Source: Candidatus Micrarchaeota archaeon
GTDB taxonomy: Archaea; Micrarchaeota; Micrarchaeia; Micrarchaeales; Micrarchaeaceae
NCBI GenBank assembly: GCA_021812205.1
Contig: JAKAOJ010000001.1
Coordinates: forward strand, 1-24,193
Direction of reading: 5' to 3'
Length of the DNA: 24,193 nucleotides
The notes under the pieces were generated by a model that saw only the letters and a program-made list of their open reading frames with translations, had not been told where the DNA came from and did no database searches. The position numbers and the translations under genes are program-made. Of the stretch, positions 1-7,471 are shown piece after piece. Numbering within the stretch: the stretch's first letter is position 1; each line of letters begins with the position of its first letter.

Positions 1-1
1 C

Positions 2-787
2 CTGCTCTTCATAGCGTTCATGATAAAGATGCCAATATTTCCCCTGCACTCCTGGATGCCTAATGCATATGCAGAGGCCTCAACGCAGGGCTCCATGCTG
101 GTAAGCGGCGTGCTGTCAAAGTTCGGAGCATACGGGATGCTGGTGCTTTTCTCGATGATGCCTGTGGCATCGCGCGTGTCAATGTACGTGTTCACCCTGG
201 CGGCGATATCAGCACTCTACGCAGCATTTGTGGCGATGCACCAGACTGACCTGAAGCGCCTCGTTGCATACTCAAGCATGCTGGAAAGCTCCATAATACT
301 GGCCGGGATAAGCGCGCTGAACTACTTCGGCACATACGGCTCGGTGTACCTGATGCTGGCGCACGGAATGAGCATATCGCTGCTCTTCCTTGCGGTAGGG
401 GCTGTAAAGAGGCTCTTCGGCGACACTGACATTCGCGCACTTTCTGGAATTGTCAAGGATGCAAAGGCGAGCGCCTATACATTCCTGTTCGGCATATTTG
501 CCTCTACTGGCGTACCGCTCACTGCGGGATTCATAGCTGACGTGCTTATATTCATAGGCACAATACAATCGTTCGGGATTGCAGGTGCTGTGCCGCTAAT
601 TGGAGTGATACTCCTGGGCGCATATATGTACTATGCAGTGAACAGGTCGTTCATGTCGACCACCACAATATCGAAGGCGCATTGGCATACGGGCGCCCCG
701 CAGCTCGCGTCATACGCTGTCCTAATAGCAGGCATACTTGTGTTCGGGGTTTTCCCATTCCTGATACTAAACGCGGCGAATATATGA
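2..787 (+). CDS. nuoM: NADH-quinone oxidoreductase (complex I-like) subunit M, 5'-truncated by the window edge
   Basis: Frame is open from position 2 (LLFIAFMIKMPIFPLHSWMP). Antiporter-like motifs K-x-P-x-FPLHSWMP, LSKFGAYG, DLKRLVAYSS, AHG and P-L-T-A-G-F. Followed by nuoN. Confidence 0.9.
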   Translation: MLFIAFMIKMPIFPLHSWMPNAYAEASTQGSMLVSGVLSKFGAYGMLVLFSMMPVASRVSMYVFTLAAISALYAAFVAMHQTDLKRLVAYSSMLESSIILAGISALNYFGTYGSVYLMLAHGMSISLLFLAVGAVKRLFGDTDIRALSGIVKDAKASAYTFLFGIFASTGVPLTAGFIADVLIFIGTIQSFGIAGAVPLIGVILLGAYMYYAVNRSFMSTTTISKAHWHTGAPQLASYAVLIAGILVFGVFPFLILNAANI

Positions 788-796
788 GGTTGTAAG

Positions 797-2209
797 ATGT
801 TGGCCATGCAGTTTGACTCCATGTACGGTATTATCGTGCTGATAGCGCTGCTGGCGTTCTCCGGCATTGCCGCGCAGTTTCACAGGCGCAGGGCGGTGGC
901 GTTCGCCGTTGGCATGCTGCTGCTGGCAGGGATTGCCGCGCTTTCAGCATACGAGTTCTGGTCCGGCGCAAGCTTCGTCCTCTTCGGCATGCTTCACGCA
1001 TACAGATTCTCCATGCTGTTCACCGCGCTCTTCGCTGTCGGCTTGGCTATGGTCGACACACTTTCGTATGAGCATGGGGAATCATTCATAAGCATGTCGA
1101 TGCTGCTGGGCTTCGCTGCGGTCGGAATCTTCATCGTGCCTATGGCGTCCTCCCTATTGGCTATACTGCTAGCCGTTGAGCTTGCATCCATACCTACAAT
1201 ACTGATGGTCGCAATTACCGGGAGGCACAGGACCGAGGCAGCTGTAAAACTGTTCCTCATGGGATCAATTGCCATAGCCGTGCTCGCGTTCGCCATAGCC
1301 ATGATATTCCCGTATGATGCATCGCTCTCGCTCTCTGCGTTCCAGGCCAGTCCTTCGCTGCAAGGCAGCTACATCGTAGCCCTCTCATTGGTGCTGTTCA
1401 TAGCGGCATTAGGCATGGAGGCAGCGCTGTTTCCGTTCAACCTGTGGGTGCCCGACGTGTATGAGGGCGCACCCGGGAACGTCACGGCATTGCTTGCGGG
1501 CATCAACAAGAAGGTCGCGTTCGTTGCCCTTATGGAAGTGCTGTTCACCGTATTCATAATAAGCAGGCCGACGTTCTCCGCAATGCTCCAGGTACTTGCA
1601 ATAGCCACCATGTTCTTCGGCAACCTGGCTGCCATGGTGCAGCGCAGCGTGAAGCGCCTCTTCGCCTATTCATCGATATCGCAGGCAGGGTACATAACCG
1701 TGGGCATTGCTGTAGCGACGCAGTACGGAATCGAATCCAGCATCTTCCAGATTATCGCCCACATGCTGATGATAATTGGCGCGTTTGCGATAGTGCTCTG
1801 GCTGGAGGAGCGCAACATAAAGAGCATTGACGACTACAGGGGCCTTGCCTACAGGAACGGTTTTGCTGGAATAGCCCTCACCATAATGATGCTGTCGATG
1901 GCGGGAGTGCCTCCGCTAATCGGTTTCGTGGGCAAGTTCCTGCTGTTCTCCAGCGCCATAGCCTCAGGGCTCCTTGTTTTGGCGCTGATAGGGATACTGA
2001 ACAGCTTCCTGTCCATATACTACTACGCGCGGGTAATGAGCGCTATATACGACCGCAGGCTGGAGCACAGCCTAGCGATGGACAAGGCAACGGCCGCCGT
2101 CGTTGCAGTTATTCTGGGTGCAATAGTGCTGATAGGAATATACCCAGGCCCGCTTATCTCAATAGCGCAGCAGGCGGCGCACAGCCTAATCATTTCTGCT
2201 GCAATCTAG
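797..2209 (+). CDS. nuoN: NADH-quinone oxidoreductase subunit N
   Basis: Highly hydrophobic 470 aa protein. Motifs EAAVKLF, PFNLWVPDVYEGAP, KRLFAYSSISQAGY and MAGVPPLIGFVGKF. Lies directly after nuoM. Confidence 0.92.
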   Translation: MLAMQFDSMYGIIVLIALLAFSGIAAQFHRRRAVAFAVGMLLLAGIAALSAYEFWSGASFVLFGMLHAYRFSMLFTALFAVGLAMVDTLSYEHGESFISMSMLLGFAAVGIFIVPMASSLLAILLAVELASIPTILMVAITGRHRTEAAVKLFLMGSIAIAVLAFAIAMIFPYDASLSLSAFQASPSLQGSYIVALSLVLFIAALGMEAALFPFNLWVPDVYEGAPGNVTALLAGINKKVAFVALMEVLFTVFIISRPTFSAMLQVLAIATMFFGNLAAMVQRSVKRLFAYSSISQAGYITVGIAVATQYGIESSIFQIIAHMLMIIGAFAIVLWLEERNIKSIDDYRGLAYRNGFAGIALTIMMLSMAGVPPLIGFVGKFLLFSSAIASGLLVLALIGILNSFLSIYYYARVMSAIYDRRLEHSLAMDKATAAVVAVILGAIVLIGIYPGPLISIAQQAAHSLIISAAI

Positions 2210-2216
2210 GCGTGCA

Positions 2217-3104
2217 TCAGGACGGGGTGTAGCCGCTCTCCCAGCTGTTCGTGAAATATACATTGCTTGCAGTGCCGTTGTATCCATCGCCAGAGTAATC
2301 GTTTGTATCTCCGTTGAGCGGCCACCATGCCACCAAGTTCTGTATATTTATCGGCACGCCGCCTATGCCCTCGGAGTAGAGCGCATCTATCTGGTTGGTT
2401 GAGAGCGCCGAATCGTATACCTGCACGTTGGAAAGAGAGCCATTGTACATGTATGAGCTGCTCTGCCGTATCTGCCCAAGTTCCAAGCCGAACGGTATGG
2501 GCTGAAGCACAGGCGCCCTCTGCACATTTGCATCCACCAGCGCACCATCCACAAAGCCGTTCGCGTACCAGCTTCCTCCGCTATAAGTGTAGTTCACCGC
2601 GACGAACGTCCATCTGTGCGGATAAATAGACCCGAATTCCATATCCTGGGTGTAACCCTGCCCCAGGATCCAGAAATCCATGGCGCCTGGATTGCCGTCA
2701 AAATAATACAAACCCCACCCATTGTTGCCATTGTCTGCATCTATTATGCCGCCTGGGTTGTATGGTTGGTACGTTTCCGGTTTAATCCACGCTGTGACTG
2801 TGAAGCTTACGGCGCTGGAGCTCGGGAACTTGAATTGGGTCTGCACCACGCTGCTTTGCCCATTGAACTTAGCCACGTACTCCGGCTCGGCGCTGCTGCA
2901 CACCCCTTCTGTGCCGATGAAACGTGTGCTGCCCTGCCCTTCTGGCCTGTAAACTGAACATGCGCCAGGCGGCGCCTTCGGGCTGTAGGTATTGCTATTG
3001 AAGAAACCAAACTGGAACATCGCAGCGAGTACTATCGCGATTATCAGTATCGCCCAGCCGTAGGTCATCAGGTACTCCATCGCGCTCTGGGCATTTCTTT
3101 GCAT
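2217..3104 (-). CDS. Pilin-like surface protein with class III signal peptide and LamG/concanavalin A-like domain
   Basis: N-terminus MQRNA|QSAMEYLMTYGWAILII fits a prepilin cleavage motif with E at +5. C-terminal LamG-like motifs FTVTAWI, WTFVAV, NGSLSNVQVYDSALS and LVAWWPLNG. ATG at 3104 is preferred over GTG at 3113. Confidence 0.85.
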   Translation of the reverse strand: MQRNAQSAMEYLMTYGWAILIIAIVLAAMFQFGFFNSNTYSPKAPPGACSVYRPEGQGSTRFIGTEGVCSSAEPEYVAKFNGQSSVVQTQFKFPSSSAVSFTVTAWIKPETYQPYNPGGIIDADNGNNGWGLYYFDGNPGAMDFWILGQGYTQDMEFGSIYPHRWTFVAVNYTYSGGSWYANGFVDGALVDANVQRAPVLQPIPFGLELGQIRQSSSYMYNGSLSNVQVYDSALSTNQIDALYSEGIGGVPINIQNLVAWWPLNGDTNDYSGDGYNGTASNVYFTNSWESGYTPS

Positions 3105-3137
3105 GATATGCACTTCCTGCGAAACGCTTTATTGCTT

Positions 3138-4244
3138 TCACTTCGCCAGGCCCCTAAGCAGGAACCTCTTCAGCATCTTTGTAGGGCTGTCCATGTCGCC
3201 GTACTTGCTCAGGAAAGCCTCTGCGCCGAACAGCCTAGACACCTTTATCAGTGCCTCAAAGCTGCCCGGGCCCATATTGGAATAGTAGTTATGCAGGGCC
3301 CTGTGCAGCTTAAGGTCAGCGCCGTAAGCCTTGCGCCACTCGCTTTCATATGTCGAAAGCGGCACGCCTCGCTCTGCATGGCGCATTATGACCCCGGCAG
3401 CAATCTTGGCGCATGAAGCTCCGAATATTATTCCGCCGCCTGTTGTCGCCTTGACCTGTCCTGCCGCGTCTCCCACAAGCAGCACGTTGCCTCGTACGGT
3501 CATGCGCCGCGCCTCCAGTGGTATGATGCTGGCGTGGCCTGCAACCATCTTTGCCTCGCCTATCATCGCGCTTACCTCTTTGTCCTTCGTGAAGCTGTGG
3601 AACGCATCAGAGCTGCTGCGTTTCCCGCGGTCGCTGGTCCCTATGCCCAGCTCAAGCTCGTAGCTCGAGTATGGGGCAATCCAGCCGAAGAACCTGTGCG
3701 AATGCCCGGTGGCGAAGAAAAGGTCGACCGAATGGCTGTCCTCAGCTTCCGCCTCCTCATACTCTGCTTTGTAGGTAAGCACATACTCCCCTATTGGCGG
3801 GAAGCCGAATGCAGATGCGACCGTGGACACAGCGCCGTCTGCGCCTACCACTATGTTATCGCCATCTGCCGCAAGCTCCTTTAGCTCCTGCCTCTCCATC
3901 CTGGAGCCCAGCCTGACCTTCGCACCCGCCTTTTCGGCTTCAGATTTGCAGATTGACGCAAGCGCCGCCCTGTCCAGCACATAGGCCTGCGTCGCCTTTG
4001 ACTTTATCCTAAGCTTCTCCCTCCCTGCGTGTAGCACTGCGCCGTCCAGCTCATTGACTATTGCGTTCCTGTAGTCGACGCCCATGTGCGCCAGGCCGCT
4101 CTTGGAGAGTATGCCGGATGCTTTTTCCGCCCCGTCCTCCACGCTACTCTTGCCATCGTACACCTGCACGTCCGCACCGAGCGAAGCCAGGTCCTTCGCC
4201 AGCATCAGGCCCACTACCCCAGCGCCTACTATCGTTACCCTCAT
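3138..4244 (-). CDS. Geranylgeranyl reductase family FAD-dependent oxidoreductase (likely digeranylgeranylglycerophospholipid reductase)
   Basis: Rossmann motif IVGAGVVG, plus GADG, FFGWIAP and LVGDAAGQVKATTGGGI. Confidence 0.85.
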   Translation of the reverse strand: MRVTIVGAGVVGLMLAKDLASLGADVQVYDGKSSVEDGAEKASGILSKSGLAHMGVDYRNAIVNELDGAVLHAGREKLRIKSKATQAYVLDRAALASICKSEAEKAGAKVRLGSRMERQELKELAADGDNIVVGADGAVSTVASAFGFPPIGEYVLTYKAEYEEAEAEDSHSVDLFFATGHSHRFFGWIAPYSSYELELGIGTSDRGKRSSSDAFHSFTKDKEVSAMIGEAKMVAGHASIIPLEARRMTVRGNVLLVGDAAGQVKATTGGGIIFGASCAKIAAGVIMRHAERGVPLSTYESEWRKAYGADLKLHRALHNYYSNMGPGSFEALIKVSRLFGAEAFLSKYGDMDSPTKMLKRFLLRGLAK

Positions 4245-4252
4245 GGTGACCG

Positions 4253-4283
4253 TATTTAAAGCTTTCCATATAAACCTTAATAA
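4253..4283. promoter_or_regulatory. Divergent promoter region between the GGR gene and the half-TBP gene
   Basis: AT-rich TATA-like elements TATTTAAA (4253-4260), ATATAAA (reads TTTATAT on minus) and CTTAATAA in a short spacer between head-to-head genes. Confidence 0.55.
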
Positions 4284-4305
4284 GCACTACTCTGTTGGTG
4301 ATAAA

Positions 4306-4659
4306 ACGGCCGGCAAAAAGGAAAAGAAGGAGACACCAGCAGGGAGTCTCGATAACCCCAAGATAAAGATTCAGAACATCGTAGTCAGTGCGGACCTCCA
4401 CGCAGTCATAGACCTGTTCACGCTTTCGAAGGAGGTCAGGGCCGTCGATTACGAGCCCGAGCAGTTTCCTGGTGCTATATTTCGGGTCACCGAACCAAAG
4501 GCCGTCATAATACTCTTCAAGAACGGCAAGATGATATGCACTGGGGCGAGCACAGAGGCAGACATAAGGAGAGTACTAGACTATGCCGCGAAGATAATGT
4601 CGAAGTACGTCATATCGCTTAACCCTCCAACCAAGGAGAAGGAGCAGAAGGCGAAGTGA
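4306..4659 (+). CDS. Single-repeat TATA-box binding protein (TBP)-like protein, about 117 aa. Probable non-canonical ACG start.
   Basis: One TBP repeat: IKIQNIVVSADL...YEPEQFPGAIFRVTEPKAVIILFKNGKMICTGA. GGTGAT SD-like sequence at 4297-4302 is followed by AAA-ACG. No in-frame ATG/GTG/TTG lies between the intergenic AT-rich region and the domain. The start position is uncertain. Confidence 0.85.
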   Translation, partial: TAGKKEKKETPAGSLDNPKIKIQNIVVSADLHAVIDLFTLSKEVRAVDYEPEQFPGAIFRVTEPKAVIILFKNGKMICTGASTEADIRRVLDYAAKIMSKYVISLNPPTKEKEQKAK

Positions 4660-4666
4660 CTGCCGG

Positions 4667-5803
4667 CTACCCCTCCTTAACCTTCCTGAGCTCCTTGTCA
4701 AAGCTGCTGAAGAACGCATCCCACGAGTAGCGCCTGCGCACCCTGGCCATGCCTCTCCTGCCAATCTCCTCTGCAATGCTCGGATGCTCGACCACGTACC
4801 TCATTTTTGATGCCATGCCCTTCTCGTCATTCACAAGGAACCCTGTTTTGCCGTTGACTATGGTCTCCCTCGGCCCGCCCTCATTGATGGCTATGACGGG
4901 CTTGCCGCTTGCCATCGCCTCTAGGGGCACGAGCCCGTAATCCTCATTAATCGGTGGATACAGAACTGCAGTGGCCCTGCTATAAAGCTCGTCTAGCTGC
5001 TTGTCAGGTACGTTGGTCAGAACCTCAACCCCTGGCACATGCTTCGCCCTGTCCACCACATCGTCGTAGTACTTCCTGTAGAATGGGTCCAATGAGACCG
5101 GGCCCGCAATGATGAGCTTGTAGCTGCTGTGCCGAGCTGTGCGCCTGAACATCCTGAACGCATCTATCGCGAACAGCTGGCGCTTGTTCTGCGATATCCT
5201 TGACGGGTAGAAGAAATACTTGCCGTCACCTTTGCTGCCGTACCTTTCGTAGTCTATTCCGCCGTTGATTACCTTAGCGTCCCTGCCGAAATACTTGCGT
5301 ATCCGTGCCCTTGTGTTCTCGCTGTTCGCCACTATGGACTCTATGTGCTTCACAACGCCCTGATCAATCCTGCGCACCGCGCTGGCGCCAATCCTGTGCA
5401 CCTGGCGCTGCAGCGGCCCCTTCAGCGCCATCCTTGCCTCGTAAAGGTCGTAGATGTCGCGCAGCGGCGTGTGGCAGTACCATAGCACCCTCTCGTTTCT
5501 GTTGCGCACCCAGTGGCTCGGCGCCATATGTGCATTTATCACGTCGTAGTCCTCCTTTATCCTGAGGTTGTAGAATGCCAGCCCGTACTTCAGGCCCTGG
5601 GCTACCCTTCCGTAGGGCAATACGCTACCCATGCCCTTCCTGCCGACGACCTCCACGTCCAATCCGGAAAACTCGGGAAACGTTGCCTCCCTGTCATATT
5701 CTGCGGTGTAGATCTTAGCGTCGTAGCGCTGAGCTATCTTGAGCAGAACGCGCTCGGCCCCGCCCTTCAGCGTGAGGTTCGACTGCGCAATCAGGAGCTT
5801 CAT
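4667..5803 (-). CDS. Glycosyltransferase family 4 (GT-B fold)
   Basis: Begins MKLLIAQ...GGAERV. Contains KRQ and the EDYGLVPLEAMASGKPVIA E-x7-E motif. ATG 5803 is preferred because the longer ORF overlaps SRP54. Confidence 0.9.
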   Translation of the reverse strand: MKLLIAQSNLTLKGGAERVLLKIAQRYDAKIYTAEYDREATFPEFSGLDVEVVGRKGMGSVLPYGRVAQGLKYGLAFYNLRIKEDYDVINAHMAPSHWVRNRNERVLWYCHTPLRDIYDLYEARMALKGPLQRQVHRIGASAVRRIDQGVVKHIESIVANSENTRARIRKYFGRDAKVINGGIDYERYGSKGDGKYFFYPSRISQNKRQLFAIDAFRMFRRTARHSSYKLIIAGPVSLDPFYRKYYDDVVDRAKHVPGVEVLTNVPDKQLDELYSRATAVLYPPINEDYGLVPLEAMASGKPVIAINEGGPRETIVNGKTGFLVNDEKGMASKMRYVVEHPSIAEEIGRRGMARVRRRYSWDAFFSSFDKELRKVKEG

Positions 5804-5885
5804 GCAAAGGCCCTTATTACTATAAAGACATACAGCTTTATAACTTAAAAAACAGAATACAAGAAGCTCATCCGGGCTGGTTTTC

Positions 5886-7184
5886 ATGGACTTGGGCGAA
5901 GGGCTAAGGCAGGCTTTGGCAAAGATATCGCGAGCCACGATTATAGACGCCAAGACAATTCGCGAGTTCAACAAGGAGCTTCAGAAGGCGATGCTGACCG
6001 CAGACGTGGAGGTGCCGCTGGTCTTCAGCCTGACGAAAAACATAGAGGAAAAAGCGCTTAAGAGCCGTCCGCCGGCCGGCCTGGCCCCAAGAGATTACAT
6101 AACAAACATAGTGTACGACGAACTGGTTAAGCTGGTCGGCAAGTCATATGAGCCAGAGCTGAAGAAGCAGCGGGTGCTCCTAATGGGCCTCTACGGCTCC
6201 GGCAAGACCACCACAGCTGCGAAGCTCGCCAAGTTCTACCAGGACAGAGGGCTTAGCGCGGGTGTCATATGCTGCGACGTGTCTAGGCCGGCAGCATACG
6301 AGCAGCTCGAGACGCTTGCGAAGCAGGCCAACGTTGCATTCTTCGGGATGAAGGGCGAGGTTGACGCAGCAAAGATAGCAAAGGCCGGCATGGAGGCGCT
6401 AAAGGACAAGCAGGTAGTCATCTGCGACACGAGCGGCAGAAACGCCTTGGATCCGGGCCTGATATCAGAGCTCAAGAGCGTCAACAAGGTGTTTGAGCCG
6501 GATGCGAAAATCCTCGTCGTCAGTGCTGACATAGGCCAGGTGGCCGGCAGACAGACCCGCGAATTCGATTCCGCAGTCAAGATAAGCGGGGTAATTGTAA
6601 CCAAGATGGACGGCTCGGGCAAGGGCGGCGGGGCGCTCAGCGCAGCCAATGCATCGCAGGCGCATGTCCTATTCATAGGCACAGGCGAGAAGATGAAGGA
6701 CATCGAGTCCTTCAACTCGGAGAAATTCATCGGCTCGCTTCTTGGAATACCGGATATAGGCTCGCTGGTTGAGCGCGTGCAGTCGGCCGTGGCGGAAGCC
6801 GGCATAAATCCCGAAGAGGTCGACATCGAGAAGTTCAACATGGACTCGTTCTACACGCAGCTGAAGGCGCTGAACAAGATGGGTCCGCTTAAGAATGTCC
6901 TCGGCATGATGGGCATGTCAGACATGCCCAAGGATGCCGTGGAGAAGAGCGAGAGCAAGTTAGCCAAGTACAAGATAATCATAGCATCTATGACGAAGAG
7001 CGAGCGGAACAACGAACGCCTCCTGCATGAGCACAGCCGCATAGCGCGCATAGCGAAGGGCAGCGGCACTTCTGAGCAGGATGTGCGTGAGCTAGTGTCA
7101 GATTTCAACAAGATGAAGAAGTCGTTCAACCTGATGAAGAACGACAGGAACATGAAGAAGTTCCTGGCAAAAATGGGTGCGTAA
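5886..7184 (+). CDS. srp54: Signal recognition particle protein SRP54
   Basis: NG-domain motifs GLYGSGKTTT, DTSGR, TKMDGSGKGGGALS and GTGE. Met-rich M domain with SRIARIAKGSG. Confidence 0.96.
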   Translation: MDLGEGLRQALAKISRATIIDAKTIREFNKELQKAMLTADVEVPLVFSLTKNIEEKALKSRPPAGLAPRDYITNIVYDELVKLVGKSYEPELKKQRVLLMGLYGSGKTTTAAKLAKFYQDRGLSAGVICCDVSRPAAYEQLETLAKQANVAFFGMKGEVDAAKIAKAGMEALKDKQVVICDTSGRNALDPGLISELKSVNKVFEPDAKILVVSADIGQVAGRQTREFDSAVKISGVIVTKMDGSGKGGGALSAANASQAHVLFIGTGEKMKDIESFNSEKFIGSLLGIPDIGSLVERVQSAVAEAGINPEEVDIEKFNMDSFYTQLKALNKMGPLKNVLGMMGMSDMPKDAVEKSESKLAKYKIIIASMTKSERNNERLLHEHSRIARIAKGSGTSEQDVRELVSDFNKMKKSFNLMKNDRNMKKFLAKMGA

Positions 7185-7185
7185 A

Positions 7186-7269
7186 AGAAGGATTGCAGAA
7201 TAGAAAAGGAAATGAGCAGAAAAGAGAAAGAGAAAAATAAAAACAAACCAACCGGGACTAACAAGCCCG
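7186..7269 (-). terminator. Putative terminator of the minus-strand peptide gene
   Basis: Right after the TAA on the minus strand is a hairpin CGGGCT-TGTT-AG(T)CCCG (7253-7269), then about 60 nt of T-rich sequence (TTTGTTTTTATTTTTCTCTTTCTCTTTT). Confidence 0.55.
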
Positions 7270-7270
7270 A

Positions 7271-7336
7271 TTATCTCTTTCTCTTCTTCGTCGAGCTTTT
7301 CTTCTTTGAGCTCTTCTTGCTCTTTTTCTTTGCCAT
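7271..7336 (-). CDS. 21-aa Lys/Ser-rich basic peptide MAKKKSKKSSKKKSSTKKRKR
   Basis: Read manually on the minus strand: ATG...TAA, 66 nt. SD-like GTGAGG upstream, TTTATATA box about 40 nt upstream, hairpin and T-tract downstream. Confidence 0.7.
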   Translation of the reverse strand: MAKKKSKKSSKKKSSTKKRKR

Positions 7337-7377
7337 TTTCCTCACTTTGGTAACATTTTTAGTGTTATAACGGCAAG

Positions 7378-7385
7378 TATATAAA
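7378..7385 (-). promoter_or_regulatory. TATA box for the basic peptide gene
   Basis: TTTATATA on the minus strand, a consensus archaeal TATA box, placed to give a short leader that contains the SD. Confidence 0.6.
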
Positions 7386-7471
7386 CATACAGACTAAACG
7401 CGTCCATCAGATATCCACGTAAGAATACGTACGTATACGCGCTTTTACTTCTGTATAAGCAAATTGGTTGC

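Noticed and set aside
4084-4305. N-terminal extension of the TBP-like ORF in the supplied track
   Set aside because: It overlaps the GGR gene antisense and runs through the AT-rich divergent promoter. It shows no TBP similarity, so it is not a hidden first repeat.
4660-4940. Possibility that the second TBP repeat follows after a frameshift
   Set aside because: This sequence is the 3' end of the GT4 gene on the opposite strand, and no plus frame shows YxPE-FPG or LF-x-x-GK motifs.
6236-6841. Long antisense ORFs, e.g. 6236-6841, 8677-9141, 9302-10159, 13571-14158, 22058-22588
   Set aside because: They lie over well-supported genes, have no recognisable motifs, and are typical shadow frames in GC-rich coding DNA.
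7212-7370. Plus-strand 52-aa ORF (MSRKEKEK...FLFFVELFFFELFLLFFFAIFLTLVTFLVL) resembling a tail-anchored protein
   Set aside because: Its Phe/Leu run is the expected antisense shadow of Lys codons, and the promoter, SD and terminator signals favour the minus strand. It is not fully excluded without expression data.
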